Positions 39,501 through 54,500 of a stretch of 64,000 bases of DNA are shown one piece after another; the stretch's first letter is position 1; each line of letters starts with the position of its first letter. The notes below the pieces were generated by a model. It saw only the letters and a program-made list of their open reading frames with translations, had not been told where the DNA came from and did not search any database. The DNA lies in NCBI GenBank assembly GCA_002633005.1, contig NMRA01000104.1, forward strand, positions 680,841-744,840, written 5' to 3'. The position numbers and the translations under genes were made by a program. Source of the stretch: Phoronis australis. Taxonomy: Eukaryota; Animalia; Phoronida.

Positions 39501-42500
39501 GGTTCATGTACAGTTCACCTTGGTATTTGACTCGCAATTCACTGGACTCGACTTTTAAGTCTGCTTTGATCTTCTCGAATCCTGCTACGCCTCCATATTT
39601 AACAGTAATTGTATCAAACAAGAAGTTTCCTGGTTTTGTAATTTGCACATAGGTTCCATTTTCTATGAGTGCAGTGTCGCAGGTAGAGTAGAAAGTCGCC
39701 CAAGACTGGTCTTCTATGTACAGATGTCGTACTCCAGTAATGCGACCTGCCAATGAACTGTTGGTGCCATGAATGTGGAACTCTTCAGGCAGCACTATCT
39801 CAGCACCATCGTCAATAATATAACTACAAGGCGCCTCTGTTCTATTCGAGACAGATTCCTTCACTTCAACAAAAACAGTCTGATTTGGTCGTAGGTGTAA
39901 TTGTCCAGTTCGATCTCCTATAAATAAGTGGACGGTAACAAATACATTGGTTTCATTTGATGGATGGTACACCAGAAGTCTTGCTGAGCCAGTTAACTCC
40001 ATTTCATCAAATTCATAATCAAAACGATGTGGCTCCATAATCACTGAAGGTGGCGGTGTATATTTGAGCTGATTGTCAATGTGAACATATGTATGGTCAA
40101 CAGCAAGGAATGTAGTGTTCAGCGTTTTGTCATACTTCTTGTGGCGATATTCTAATTCCCGGAAGTTCTCTTCCTTGTAAGTTGTGCCACCTGCACCTCC
40201 ATGTGATCTTACAAAGCTCTTCATGTTTGACTGAGTTGGATCCAGGGCAGCGCCACCGTCACCACCAAAGCTGGTAAATTTGCCTCCATACTGGTATCTC
40301 CACCGACAATGAATACCAATTCTACCCCCAGCACCACCACCTCCTTTGCCAAATCCTTTTCCACCGTTAACAGCAATTTCGCCATGACCTGTAATGTTTG
40401 TTGTCTCAACCAGTACACCCCCTCCACTGCCTCCTCCGGAGTTCCCACCACTGCCATCAGTTCCTCGGAGTGCCAGGAGACCATTGAGCTCTAGTCTGTT
40501 GGCTACTTGCCAGAGCAGATAGCCACCACCCCTCCCACCCTGTCCACCACCATTACCACCTCCACTGCCCTCTGACAATGGAGAATATACAGAATCATAG
40601 GGCTGACCACCATACAGAGGCCCTGGGCCACCACCGTAACCTCCATGCCCAGCACCAGTACCAGTGCCACCAGACAGAGTACTACCAGCACCAGCACCCT
40701 GTTCAGGCTTCCCACCAGAACCATCTAAGTGAAATACACCCTCACTTTCAATCCATGCAAAAGATGAAAAGATGTTCACTTTATTCATGAATAGTTCTCC
40801 CTGGTACTTAACCGTCAGTTCTGCCGATGTAATGCTCATAGGGTGAGTGATATGCTGGAATTCAGCCTTAGAGTTTCTCTCAACAGTAATTGTAGCAAAA
40901 GTGAAATTGCCAGGTTGTGTTATTCTAGTATAAGTTCCATTCTCTAGCAGTGCTGTTTGAGCTGAAGCCAAAAACACTACATCTCCCCCACTAGCAATAT
41001 ATAAATCTTGTACTCCTGTCACCAGGCCAGCCAGCCATGTTCGAGTACCAAGAATGTTCACAATATCTGGCAACACAATTTCAGCACCTTGGTCTATCCG
41101 CCAACTACACGGGGCCACTGTCTCATTGCTTACAGATTCCACAACCTCAACATATATGGTCTGATTGGATCTCAGATGGAACATCCCTGTTCTGTCTCCA
41201 AGGAATGAATGGATGACCACCGTGACACTAGACATGTTTGATGGATACGCGATTCTTATGTTGGAATGTCTTGTTATATGAGCCTCGTCAAGTTCATAGT
41301 GTGAGTCCTCACCAGCCATCAGCTCAGTATATAACCATGGCTCCTGATGACGTCTGTAGGTGTCAATATCTCTGTCCTCATTGTCCACCTGAAGATACGA
41401 ATGTGCCGTAGCTGTATACGTCTTGTTAGTCTTCTTGTCATACTTAATGTCAGCATACTGCGGACCCCTTGCTGTTTCTGCCTTATACACAGTGCCGGCG
41501 GCTCCACTGGGATAGTTCCTAGGACCCATGCCACCAACAGCTTTGTACCAGCCCGCGAAGGAGTTCTTGAAGTGAACAACAATGGCCATTCTGCCACCAG
41601 CTCCCCCACCTCCTCCAGACGAGTGGCCACCATTGACGTCGAGTTCACCATATCCAGTAAAGTTTAGAGTCTCAATCACAATACTACCACCACTGCCACC
41701 ACCTAAAACAAGAGCAAGAAAAACAGTCTGTCTCTGATCACAAATGAAGAAGTGGTACTATAACAAATGAACATTCGTCTCATTTTAAGGAACTACCATC
41801 ATGATCCTACTTGATCTCTTGTTCCTGTTCAACAAGGGTAAAACCTTGCAAAATCAAACATTCGTCAAAGTGAAAGACAAGTATTTTGCCCAGCACCAAT
41901 CTGTCATTGAATAGCAAAATGGCTGCCACTGAAGTGTTCAGTCGCCTAGGCAGGAATGTAGAATTATGGAAGTAAATCCACAGTTTCTGCTATGCAATCA
42001 ATGATTTCCTCCTGGAAGTGTCTCACCAGGGTCATGCGCTACAAAACGCATCCCGTAAGTAAAACTCAAGTCTGAGGAAGTAATACATGAATGATTGATC
42101 TCTATATTCTCACTTTCGGAAAAATTTAATCATCCTTTTTATTATCTTTCCACTACATCATATCAACAAATCTAATTATTTAGTTTCATGGCCCAACAGA
42201 TATTAGAAGTTCCCTGAGCAAGACTTAATACTTTTGCTCTAAACTTCGGAAGCAAATTTCTTGAAAATTTCCTGACTAGTAAAAACAAAGAGTGAACAAA
42301 TTGAGTAAATCATGGCCACAACACGAGTGAATCCCAGCTAAGTAACTGAAGATGAACTGCCATTTGACCACTATCGCTATGCCGCTATAAGCTCTTGTTT
42401 ACCTGCTCCAGCCCCCTGTCCATCTTGTCCTGCCACAGCCACACGTCCATCAATGGTCAGTGTCTTCCCATTGGTCCAGAACAAGCGACCACCACCTCGA

Positions 42501-45500
42501 CCACCTGTACCTCCACCATTTCCTCCTCCACTCCCTAAAGAAACAAATGGTTGCTTACTTACAAGATACACAAATGTATAACACACTTTCAAATGATCTT
42601 TCATGGGAAATTGCGGACTCGTCAGCAACAGATCAACCATGTGTTAAGAATGACAGACGAATGATCGCACCTTAAATCCAAAATCTATAAATCTGTAGTA
42701 TGGGAGATGCACAATATCTGTTTGTTACCATAAAGGTCAAAATGAATGCAACACTATTGTTTAAAGCCAACTGATCATCTCCACAATACAAAATAATAGA
42801 TTTCTCTATTGGCTCTATCAAACTTAACTGATTAGTGTTACTTATTTACACATGCTACACAATGCATGTTTGCTCAACATGCACATTCACCATTATGGAT
42901 AAATGAACATGATAAACTCTCGACTGTTGAAAGGATATTTTCCAGCATAGGACAGTCTCTAAGACTTTGGACAATGAAATTCAAGCCAAAATAGATTCAG
43001 AGGTTTTTGATAGAGAACATTGGTACATGGGTAATTTTGACGTTGTTTTGAAGAGTGAGTACTTCACAATGACTGGGTAATGACATTTCAAGTACACTAA
43101 CTCTAACTGACCTGAATTGATCACAGGTATTAAAAGGTGTGAAAGCAACTCAGAACAAGTCCCCACATGAAATGTGTCACGCAAGTGTCAAATCTGTTCC
43201 CGACAACGTTAAGCTGAAAACTGCATTACTTTACCACTTGTTCCTTAGACATCTAGTAAACTTCATATCCTACCTTTCTCAGTTGGGTAGTAAACAGAAT
43301 CATACGGTGTCGTGGACAGCTTTTCACCAACAGTTGGTTTGAGTTCACCTCCGTGGCCACCATGAGCAGCACCTGTACCAATGCCATTCTTAGTTGAACC
43401 AGCTCCAGGGCCTTTCTCAGACAGGTAACCTGATATATACCAAATAGTAGAATCGATAACCTATTTTTCCTCAAATATGAGCAGTCAGCCCCTGAAATCG
43501 CTTTCACATTACATCCAGGTTCTCATTCATTCCCATGCACACGTTCTCTAGTAAGACCGAGCTTAGAGCAGTAGGAGACACTTTTGTGCAATGCTCGATT
43601 GTCTGCCAGTGAAGCCAGGATTCAAACCTGGTTCTCCCAAACGGGAGTCCGGAGTGAGCTCAAACCACTGAGCCACACTGTGTCCTTTAAAGCCTTTTGC
43701 AATGCCATCATCATCAAAAGACAATTATTTTGGACATAGTTTGGGGTAGAACCAGTAAATACTGCACTGTGTCAACAGTCCTAATTGTTCACACTAAAAC
43801 TACAGACTGAATGAGTTCACTGGAGTGATTACTTCAACCAGAAATTTCACAAACGATAAATTTGAGTTTTGAAGCTTGCATCTTCAACTTGACTCAATTA
43901 GCGAGCATGGGACATATATGAAAGGTTGTAATTGCTGACAAATGCCAACCAATAAACCATCAAACACCATTAGAGTCTTTTTCTTACATCAATTTTATGG
44001 TGTACCTGAGATTAAATTTCATGGTAAAACAACTGGATGTTCTAGGATTATATGCTACAGGGCAAAACAATCAGACACACTATTCTGTGATTAGATTTCA
44101 TATGGTAAAGCAATTAGATACTGTTCTGAGATTAGATTTCTCAGTGGAATAAGTGAATAATGTTCTAAGATAAGATTTCATATGGTAAAAAACTGGATGA
44201 CATTTATGAGATTAGATGTGATGGTAAAACAAAGACCAAAGGCACATGTGTACATACCTGTATAATTGAGATGCAGAATTCCTTCACTTTCAACAGCCCC
44301 ATGTGTGGATACAATGTGGCCTTGGTTCATGTTGATTCGCCCATTGTATTTAATGGTGAACTCATTGACACTAAGCACAAACATGCCAAGAATATTGGAG
44401 CACTCTACTAAAGAGTTGCGTTGAACAGTCATTGAGGTGAAGGACAGATTTCCGGGAGACGTCAGTTGGGACAAGGATCCATTGGTAAACAGAGCAGTCT
44501 GGCTTGTCGCATAAAATGTAGTCAGTGCCCCTTCGGCCATCACAAGATCATATACACCAACGACCAGGCCATGTATGATAGTGCGTGTGCCCAGCAGAGT
44601 CACACTTGAAGGCAAGTGAAGTTCAGCACCTACATCAATCTCATAACTGACTGGTGCAATTGTATAGCCCGTCTTAGAGTCTACAACCTCGGTCAGCATG
44701 GTCTGCCCAGACCTTAGATGTAGTTTACCAGTACGATCGCCAACAAACTTGTGAGCTATTAGCTTACCACTTTCACCAAGTATATGAAGAACAACGTGGT
44801 TTCTGATTTCTACTTCGCTGAATTCATATTCTTGCATGTCTTCATTCATTATCATTGTTGGCAAAAAGTGATTTCTGTTCTGGTTATCAAGGATCAGTTT
44901 TGTGAATCCATCTTGCCAAGAGACTCTGCCTGAGGGGTCAAACTTAGCACGCCGATGTTGCAGTCCTGCATTGGTGTCTGTGTAATAGACAGTGCCAGCA
45001 GCACCATAGCCACCATCAGCACGTAGTGAACCTCCAGCACCACCCATGGCATTGTAGGTGCCATTGAACTCCCTCAACCAAGCCACATGCACAGCTATTC
45101 TGCCTCCCGCCCCACCATATCCTCGTCCATGTCCCCGCCCTCCTTCGACAGTGACCTCACCATGACCTGAGAACAGAACTGTCCGGATGAGGATGCTGCC
45201 TCCACTACCGCCACCACTGTTCAGTGCAGCAGCTACGCCCCCTCTTGTTGTTAAAACGCCATCAAGATGTGTTGAGTAACCTACATTGAAGACAATCCTG
45301 CTGCCAGCATGACCTCCATCAGAGCCACCACCCACACTTCCAATGTGGCTAGGTTCAATGTAAGAACCATACGGGCGTCCTACAACAGAAGAAACAGATA
45401 ATAAACATTAAACAAGAGCAAAAATGACCATTAGGTCATGCACGATACGTTGAATCTCTCCTGAAATGGACAAGCACTGCCATCTCCATAATAGAAATCT

Positions 45501-48500
45501 ACCCTTCAAATTCATGAAAAACCATCAAGAACACTCAAAATTGCCACTGTGGCGTATAACAGTAGTCAGATCAGTTCAAAACTAATGTCATTCTCTGTCA
45601 TCAGCTTCACAGAAACACATCTACCAAATCTCATTAAGATTGTGCAGTGGTTTAGAGGATAGGAGACACAGTAGCAGACATAGGATGCTAGACACCATGA
45701 CATTGACAACGGCAATGTGCACTCAACAACAAAAACTAAAGGTATTTATAAGGAGATTTGGTCTTAAATGTTGGTCATCTCATACACTAAAAGTTAGATG
45801 GTACCATTGCTTATAAAATAAAAACACTTCATAAAAAACTACACCACACATTCATTTCAAACTGGATGAACTTGTGACCTTGCACTAAGCCCCAGTGAAA
45901 ACTCCTCAGTGTGCATTAGGTGAGTCAATAGTTACAATATGCGAATTTACTTAATAATTAAAATATGTTAATTGCTTCCTGAAGAAATAACATTAGTTTC
46001 TCTTTACCTGCGGTGAAGTTCACTGTGTCGGACCCTCCCCCATATCCACCATGACCACCCCCTGTCCCGGCCCCATTCTCGTCCACGCCACCGGGGGATG
46101 GTCCTGACTGGGACTGACCAATTGTGTCAATGATAGCCCCGCCATCCAAGTGGATGTTGCTAGCAGTCACGTGGATCTCAATGGCTGTTATCTTGGACTT
46201 GACACGCATCACAAGATCAGCCACTGATAGATTCATGTGTTGAATGTGATTCAATGTTGACTCCGCCTCTAGCTTGATATAACTTAACAACAACTGCCCT
46301 GCAGGTGAAATAAGGAGATAAGATGCATTGAAACAGTATATTCAGAGAAATATAAGATGCACTGAAACGGTATATTCAGAGAAATGATTTAGAATACATA
46401 GACAGCACCAACAAGAAGAAACTTCAAAGCAAAAACAATGCAGTTTCAAAATCTTCAAGTTCTAATGCTTCACTTTCATGCAGTGGTTAAGTGGTGACTT
46501 GTGAACAAAAAGATCCTGTTAAAGAATCATAACGAGATCTCCAACCAATACTTCTCAAATTTTTAAAGGCATTAAGACAGCAATATGAACATTTATTGAC
46601 TCAAAAATAAGCACCACCGGTGAGTTTAAAACTTCATGATCTTTTCCAAATTGCACAATCAGTTTCTTAATTAAAACCTATGACCTATTGGTAGTGCAAC
46701 AAACCTGGCACAGGATGTTGAGTGTATTTGCCATGTTTCACTAATGCGTTGGTAGCATTTACATCTATGTGAACAGTCTTGCCTTCAGCCACTGTCATAT
46801 TGTACACTCCTGTCAATCGACCTCGCAGTAAGAGGGCTGGATTGGCATCACCTAGCAACAGCGCATGTTAACTTTTTAGAGCATTCAGTCTCATCACTAA
46901 CCTTCTAAGATGACTTGCATTGCTTTACCACAATGCAATACATTTGAATAGTTGAACATGCTTTGAAAAATATTCAGTCTTTTGTGAACTAAGCGAGCTT
47001 AATGAATGTTCTTCTTCTTGCAACATTGATTGCTACAACTAAATTTAAAAAATCAATTTATGCCACTGAATCGGATGAAATTTTAGTTAATGCCCAAGTG
47101 TTTATTAACATGTATATCAAAATTCTCTTAAGTTCAAAACCATCTCTTGATTTCCGGAAATCAAAATTGATGCCAATTGTTTTTTAAATTACAAAAAATG
47201 GACGTGGCAATCTTTGTTTTCATCACATTCCCTAAACTCTCGACACTGTGAATTTTGTTAGAAAGGCTACAAAACATGGACACTTGAAGTGGATAACAAC
47301 CCCCTCACGGCACTCTAGAAATTGTAACTTTTTGTGAAGTTTACATAGTTTCTAAAATTTGGAACAAATTCCAACACATAGAAAAATAATTTTCACTAAC
47401 TTATACAAAGTCATGTCACTCCATTTTGTATTCGTAGCACCAGTCACTTTATCTTGTCACATGACTAATTCAACCCACCTATTACTCTGTAGTCGGCAGG
47501 TAGAAACAATTCTGAATTTTCCTGCACAACGAAGTTGACTGGTGGCTGACTTCTGATATCGATGAACTCCGAGAATTCCACATAGAATTTCTGGTTGGAC
47601 TGGATGTTGAAAGTGCATGTCTTGTCACTTAGAACTTTATAGATGGCAACTGAAGATTCATTCTTGCCCAGATAGTCAATTTCAAAGAGACCCTAGGATG
47701 AACAATCAATTAAACATTATGATCTCAAGAATTTAATGCAAACGGGTAATAAAAAAATTGTACCTGATGATTCCATTGATTTAATGTCAGACGATATAGT
47801 TCCAAAACGATTAGCAATTACATTACGACAACATAGGAAATACTCTTCATAATTGTGCTTTCTGGTTCTCATACATGAATTAAATAAAATTAAATCACCG
47901 TTATACCAATTAATCTTTGAGAAAATAGAAAAAATCTAACCTTGTTCTGTATCATGACTTCATCAAATACGAAGTCCGTCTGATGGTTTTCATCTCTGAA
48001 GCTGTTTTCTGCATTGGGGTTGGTCTCATTCAACTTAAACACTTTAGGTGGCAGCACATTCCTGTTGTTAATGTACAGGCGCCTGTACCACGTGCCATTG
48101 CGCCAGTCCTCCAAGAACACTGTGCCAGATCCACCAAAGTTTACAGACGTTCTGCCTGACCCAAGAGCAAGAAAATCACCCCTGAACTCGTGCTCATCAA
48201 GGGTATTGACTGCAATTCTTCCACCAGCACCGCCGCCACCTGTTGATGAACCACCCAGACCTCCTTGTGCAGTCACCTCACCATGTCCTCTCAAATGACC
48301 TGCAACACCATCACATGTACACGACGCCCAACAATAGCGAAATATCTTCACAAGAAATTCACGATTCAGAGTACAATTAAATATCACAGGCCTGTTTAGA
48401 AAAGTGACAGTGAGATTAAACTACTTACAAATGGGGAAGATGTGCTTTGCTGAGTTGAAACACAGAAACTATATGTGTTAATATCACTATTATTAGCCCC

Positions 48501-51500
48501 AGTATGTGATATATCAGTTGTTCACAGTTACACAAGTTACTTACTAGTTCCAAACAGACATACCAGTAATGATCCACACACTGCCTCCACTACCACCACC
48601 TCCATTGGACTGGCCATCCCTTCCATTGACGTCAATTACACCATCTAAGTGGAAGATGGCTCCCACCACAAGTTTCATGCGGCCTCCTCCACGCCCACCA
48701 TTAGAACCCTGTGCACTACTGCCTGGCAACACCGGATGGTACAGTGACCCATAGGAGGCACCACCATCTACGCCTCCAGTACCTGCAGGATAAACAAGGC
48801 AGGGATGAAGAGATGACACACATAACTGGGTTTCACAGAGGATAATTAACATGCTTGTTGGTTGAGAAATAAAACAGTAGATAAATACGGTATTATCACT
48901 TAGTATATGTAGCATGTTGAAAAATACAATAGAAAGAACATGACGCAGATAGCTTATAATGGCTGCAGTTAAGGTGTCCACTGGTTTGCAACTATGAGGA
49001 GTACATCTCACACAAAGCCTGAAACAGTCAATGTGCTCACCATTGCCTCCTTCTGTTCCGTGTCCTGCACCGGAGTTGCCCACACCTTGACCTGGACCTC
49101 CATCAATGAAGCCACGACCAGCAGAATCAAGACGTGCTAGTGGCTCATGGTAAAAGTCTGTGGCATAGATCTCGAAAAATTCTGCGCTAAACAGGCAATT
49201 CCACTTGAGGTCCTGCAAGAATGTAAAGGAAGATAACATTCAATCCAGGAATTACACTAAATTTAACATGTTTACAAACGTCAAATATTACATAAGGTGT
49301 ACTACATACTGCATGTAGGGATGTTACAATTACTTGACGTTAAAAGGTTGCTCAAGTTACTGCAAAACTAGAAAAACTCACCAAAAATCCAACTGTGAAA
49401 TTAATTCCCATGGGAGGTGGAAATGCAATTTTAGACTTTGAGCCAAACTCCAAACTTGCGAAGTGAAATGTCCCAGGTGCCTTGGATATGAATTTTCCCT
49501 CACTGACGACAGTTGTGAATGCTTGTGGACCAACTTGCACCTGTCTACCTGTAGCCACTCTCAGGTGATGCACCCCAACCACCTCACCATACCAAGATAA
49601 AGCCAATTGACCTGTACCAACAATGTCAACAAGAGTTGCCATTATAGCCTGGGCTCCACTGTCAATATACAGATTAAAGAGTGTCTTCAACGATGTTTTC
49701 CTAGATTCTTTCACTTCAATAGTTGATGTTTGATTGCGATGTAGGTGGAGTCTTCCTGTTTTATCCCCAATGAATTTGTGCACAACTAATTCTTGTTTGT
49801 TTCCATCATCAGGCATGTGAAGCGATGACTTCCTTAAGAGATGAACTTCATCAAATGTGTAATTCCACTGGCCAGGCTCATCAAGAGTATAGTACTTATT
49901 CCAGTCACGGTTTAAATTGTCAATGATCAGTTGTGTATATGGTTGTTCCAGTTGTCTAACGTCCTGAAGAAACACGGACCCCGGTCCCCCAACAGACAGA
50001 GCCTGACCCGCTCCTTCACCGCCATGAGCTTTGTAACTTCCACTAAATGCATTCTCTTGAGAAGTATACACTGCAACACGGCCACCAGCTCCTCCCCCAC
50101 CAGCAGCCTTGTAACCATCCCCTCCACTAGCAGTAATCAGACCGTGTCCCTCAATTTCCTTTGCGGACACCCACACAGAGCCACCACTCCCTCCTCCCTT
50201 ACCAATAGCAGTTCCGCCATCAGACTTGGCAATCCCATCATTATGAAAGCGTCGTCCAACCTGAATCCTGATGACGCCACCACCTTTACCACCAGTTCCG
50301 TCACCACCAGCAGACCCTCGCTCAGTTGGTGTAAAGAGGCTACCATAGTAATGACCTCCATCAAGACTAGAACTTACTGTTCCGCCTGCACTAGCATGTC
50401 CAGCCCCTTCACTTGGGTGGCTACCAACGCCAAGAGAAGAGTCCAGGGTGTCGCTCACTCTATCATTGGCAGAAGTAGTGATCGTTCCTCCAGTTTCAAT
50501 ATTCAGGTCTGTAGCTCGCAATGATATACTCTCAGCACTAAGTACAGCGCCATACTTAATGGTTAGTTCTCCAATTGTACTATCCATTCTGAGATCTTGG
50601 TCAAATTGAAACTGCGAACCACTCTGTAGCTCGACAGAAGCAAATCGCGAAGCACCAGGATTGTCGATAAAAACATAACTTTCATTTTGCAAAATGGCAG
50701 TGTGCGCAGATTCTCGGAACAGAACATGACTGTTGACAGAAACAGTGAGATATGCGGCATTTGTTAGTCTTCCATTCATTTCCATAGATACAGTGTTACC
50801 ATCCACCAATTTAACTCCTGTTCCTTTTACATGGAACTCTGGTGCTAAAACCACTTCGCCATCCTTGTCTACGCGTAAATTGACAGGTGCGCGGGACACC
50901 TTCTTCTTAGGGTCACTCATTTCACAGCTAACACTTTGTCTGGCATGAATATGTAGTAAGCCTGATCTGTCACCTTTGATCACTTTGATGTTCATCGATT
51001 TATTTTGTCCAGATGCTATGATGTGCAATGATGAACGGCGTGGTAGATGTACTTCCTCAAATTCATAGAAGTTAATACCTGGCTCATCAAGTGTCACGTA
51101 TCTTGAGTAATCCCCAAAGTTGTTATCAATCACGAGTACCCTGTATGGTAGGCTGTTGCGTAGGTATTCAAGGTACGCAGTTCCACTACCTCCAGATTTT
51201 ACCTTAGAATTGGCGGAGCCTCCTCTGGCAAGACATTTTCCTTCAAATGTGTAAGTAGTCACCGCATAAACTGCGATTCTTCCCCCTGAACCCGCACCAC
51301 TTAATGAACCCCCACTACCACCATCTGCCATCAAAGACCCAAATCCTTCCACCGAAGTACACGTCAGCCAAATGCTTCCTCCGCTTCCACCACCAAGTGC
51401 TGTGCCAGAACCAGCTACATCCATAACACCATCGTGAATCAGATGAACAGCATTCACAAACACTTTCCCACCTCCTCTGCCACCATTGACAGCACTACTG

Positions 51501-54500
51501 GAGCCAGGCTCACTCGGGTGGTACAATGAACCATACGGGCGGCCACCAGAGACAGTGCTTGTGTACCCTGATCCACCTTCACTAGCATGGCCAGCTCCAG
51601 CATTGCCTGAAGAATGAGGTTGACCACGACCGTGAATAGTATCCAAATGAGATGAAGACTGCCTTTCCTTACCAGATGCTGACAAAGTGGCACCAAGTTC
51701 TACGTGAATTCTTGAGGAAGTTACATTGAAGAAGTCGGCTGCAATTTTAGCACCGTATTTCATGTCTAAAGCTCCGACTACAATCTTGGATCCCATGTTT
51801 TCTTCAAAGTTCATTGAGGCACCTGGATACAATTTCAAATCAGCAAAGAAAAGTTCTCCTTCAGGAGCCAGTGGAATGGATTCCATTTCAAGGGATAAAG
51901 ATGCAATGGTTGCCGTTTTTCTTATTTCCACAACACGATCCTGTTCAACAGCTAGCTCTGTAACCCCAGTAAGAGTTCCCCCCAAGTAAAGGGAGGTCAC
52001 CCACTCCTTGCCAACAATCTGCGTTTCTTTTCCCATTATGGCTTCACCACCATGGTTTATGTGTATGTTGCATCGAGTTCGTGTTCTGGTATTGTTTGCA
52101 TCACTACCACGTTCAAAGGTTACTTGTTGTGCAGAGTGAATGAACACAACTGCTGAGTAATCACCCAAGAGCTTGCCAACATTAAGAGATCTCTTCCTAG
52201 TGTCCTTTTCCATTTCAAACAATACTTTGTTGTCTAGTTTAAGAACGTCAAAAGAAATAGCTGAAGTGTTTTCGGATAGTGTGAAGTGAATGTGCTGCTG
52301 TTTATTGGAATTGTCAACAATAAGTGTTTCATGCAAGCCACGTTTCAAGAAAACACTCCCGGGTCCACCCGCACCTTTCTGTCTCAGAGAAGATCCACCA
52401 ACAGCCCTGAATTTACCAGAGAATGTATTGGCACCTTCTGAGTAAACGGCTACTCTGCCACCACTCCCAGCCCCACCAGTATCACTGCTACCTCCAACCA
52501 CAGAAATGGTTCCATATCCTTTGAATGTGTGGGTGTTAGTCAACCAAATGCTGCCTCCACTACCTCCGCCACCAGTTGTTGAGGACTCGCCATCAGCATT
52601 CACGAGTCCATCAATTTCCATCTCATCACTTGTGATGTGAATAAAGGATCCACCGTTGCCTCCATTACCACCTTTTGTGCCACCTTCACCGGGGAAATAA
52701 ATGGACCCAAACGATGGAGAAGCTTGTGACATATCACCATTGGAGACACCACCCAGACTAGCATGGCTACCACCATGTTGGCCTTTACCAGAGCTGGCAT
52801 GAGAGGAAGATAATGAAGATCGACCAGCAACAGACAGCTCAGCAGTCCTTTCAATGAGAATCTTATCGGCTCTGATTGACATAAAGTCAAATGTTATCGA
52901 AACATGGCGTTTCACCTCGAACAATCCCGTAAGCACCTTAAGAGCACCCCATGTTATCAAAGACGAGCCCTTTTTCAGCACAAGTTCTCTGAAGTAATAA
53001 GAATTTGGTTCACTGGTGGCAACAAATGATTTAGATTTGATGGCACCAGTGAAGCTTCCATTCATCAACTTTAACACACCACTATGTTGGATTTCCACAT
53101 TACTTAGAGTAGCACGGCCATAGAGAACAATTTCTGTCTTGATCGTAAGGTCTCGAGGGAATATCAAGGTTCCATTTGGTTCTATATTGATGTTAATGTC
53201 AGTGACGAGATGTCTTTTTTCACCTTCCACAAATTCTGCAATAAATGTCTGCAGTGGTGATACATGAAGCCAACCAGTGTTGTCACCCACAATTTGATCA
53301 GCAAACATTGTCGCTCCAGTTCCATTGAATCTCATCTGTGCGTGACCTGAAATGGAAACAGTCTCACTCATTTCATTACATGAAGCATACTGCTCAACAT
53401 AATCACATGACTATTTTACAAATATTAGTGGAAATTAAGATATACTAAGTGAAGTCAAATCATAAAAAATATCATAGCATTATACTAAGACCTAAAAAGA
53501 TCATAAAACAGAACTTGAGTCCAGTGTAAATACGACCTGACACCAAAATAGGTCACAGTGAAACACTTATCTAGAGATCAAAATAAGCAGTACAGTGCTA
53601 GGGTTACCAGGGAAATTTTAAAAGTTGTCTTCTTATCAGACAGAAGATGACTATGATAGGAGCAACATTTCAAGTATTACTTAATGGAAAGGCATTACGT
53701 GATGGGGTATGCTTCTGACATTCTTGGGTCATGGACAACACGAGGCAACTCCCACGCTAACATTCGGGGTTTTATTACCCCAATGCCTAAGTGAGATTAA
53801 GTCAGACTGTGACTAACATGTCCTAACTGATTCACAAATCAATGTGCACGGCTAAGCCACTCTGCTGAAGAAACCCATTAGCTAATTTCCCTCATAATGC
53901 ATCGATTTTAACAGTTCTAAGACGGCTAAAAGTTATTTTTCAATTTTAAAAACAGTCATGTTGGTTGTTTGCCTAACATATTATTGATTTTTTTTACTTT
54001 GAAATTAGTACACTAAAGAAGCCTGTTGTTTATGACAGCAATTATCTCCATCAATACACATTCAGCCATTTCCGTGAATGGCAACTAGCTCACTTTATTC
54101 TGTGACGGTGCCACCAAGCTTTTGACGTGTCGAGGACTTCGCTGGTTGATCTGGAGTGAACAGTGCATGCTTTCTTATCAACTTGCGTGCAAATCCTGTT
54201 AGCGCGAGACTTGCCAAATGAATAACATAAAACAATGTATACAATACTACATAACTCCCTTAGTTCTAGTTATGTGACAGTTGAGAGACCTACCTTTCAG
54301 CGTCATGTGGAATATGCTGAGATCCTGATCACTGAGACCACTTATCATACACTCGGTCTGCCTCTGAATGGCACTGTTAGCAGTTCCAACAATAATCAGG
54401 TAACTCAAGGGAAGAACGGTCACATACTGCTCTATGTAAACAGTTCCTGGTCCAGCCATGATGCTATCTGTGTTATGATCATTGCCAGCACCATATGCCG

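Noticed and set aside
43600-43685. Functional tRNA gene (also 25835..25910)
   Set aside because: Only A/B-box-like motifs are present and I could not fold a convincing cloverleaf. A SINE head explains it better.
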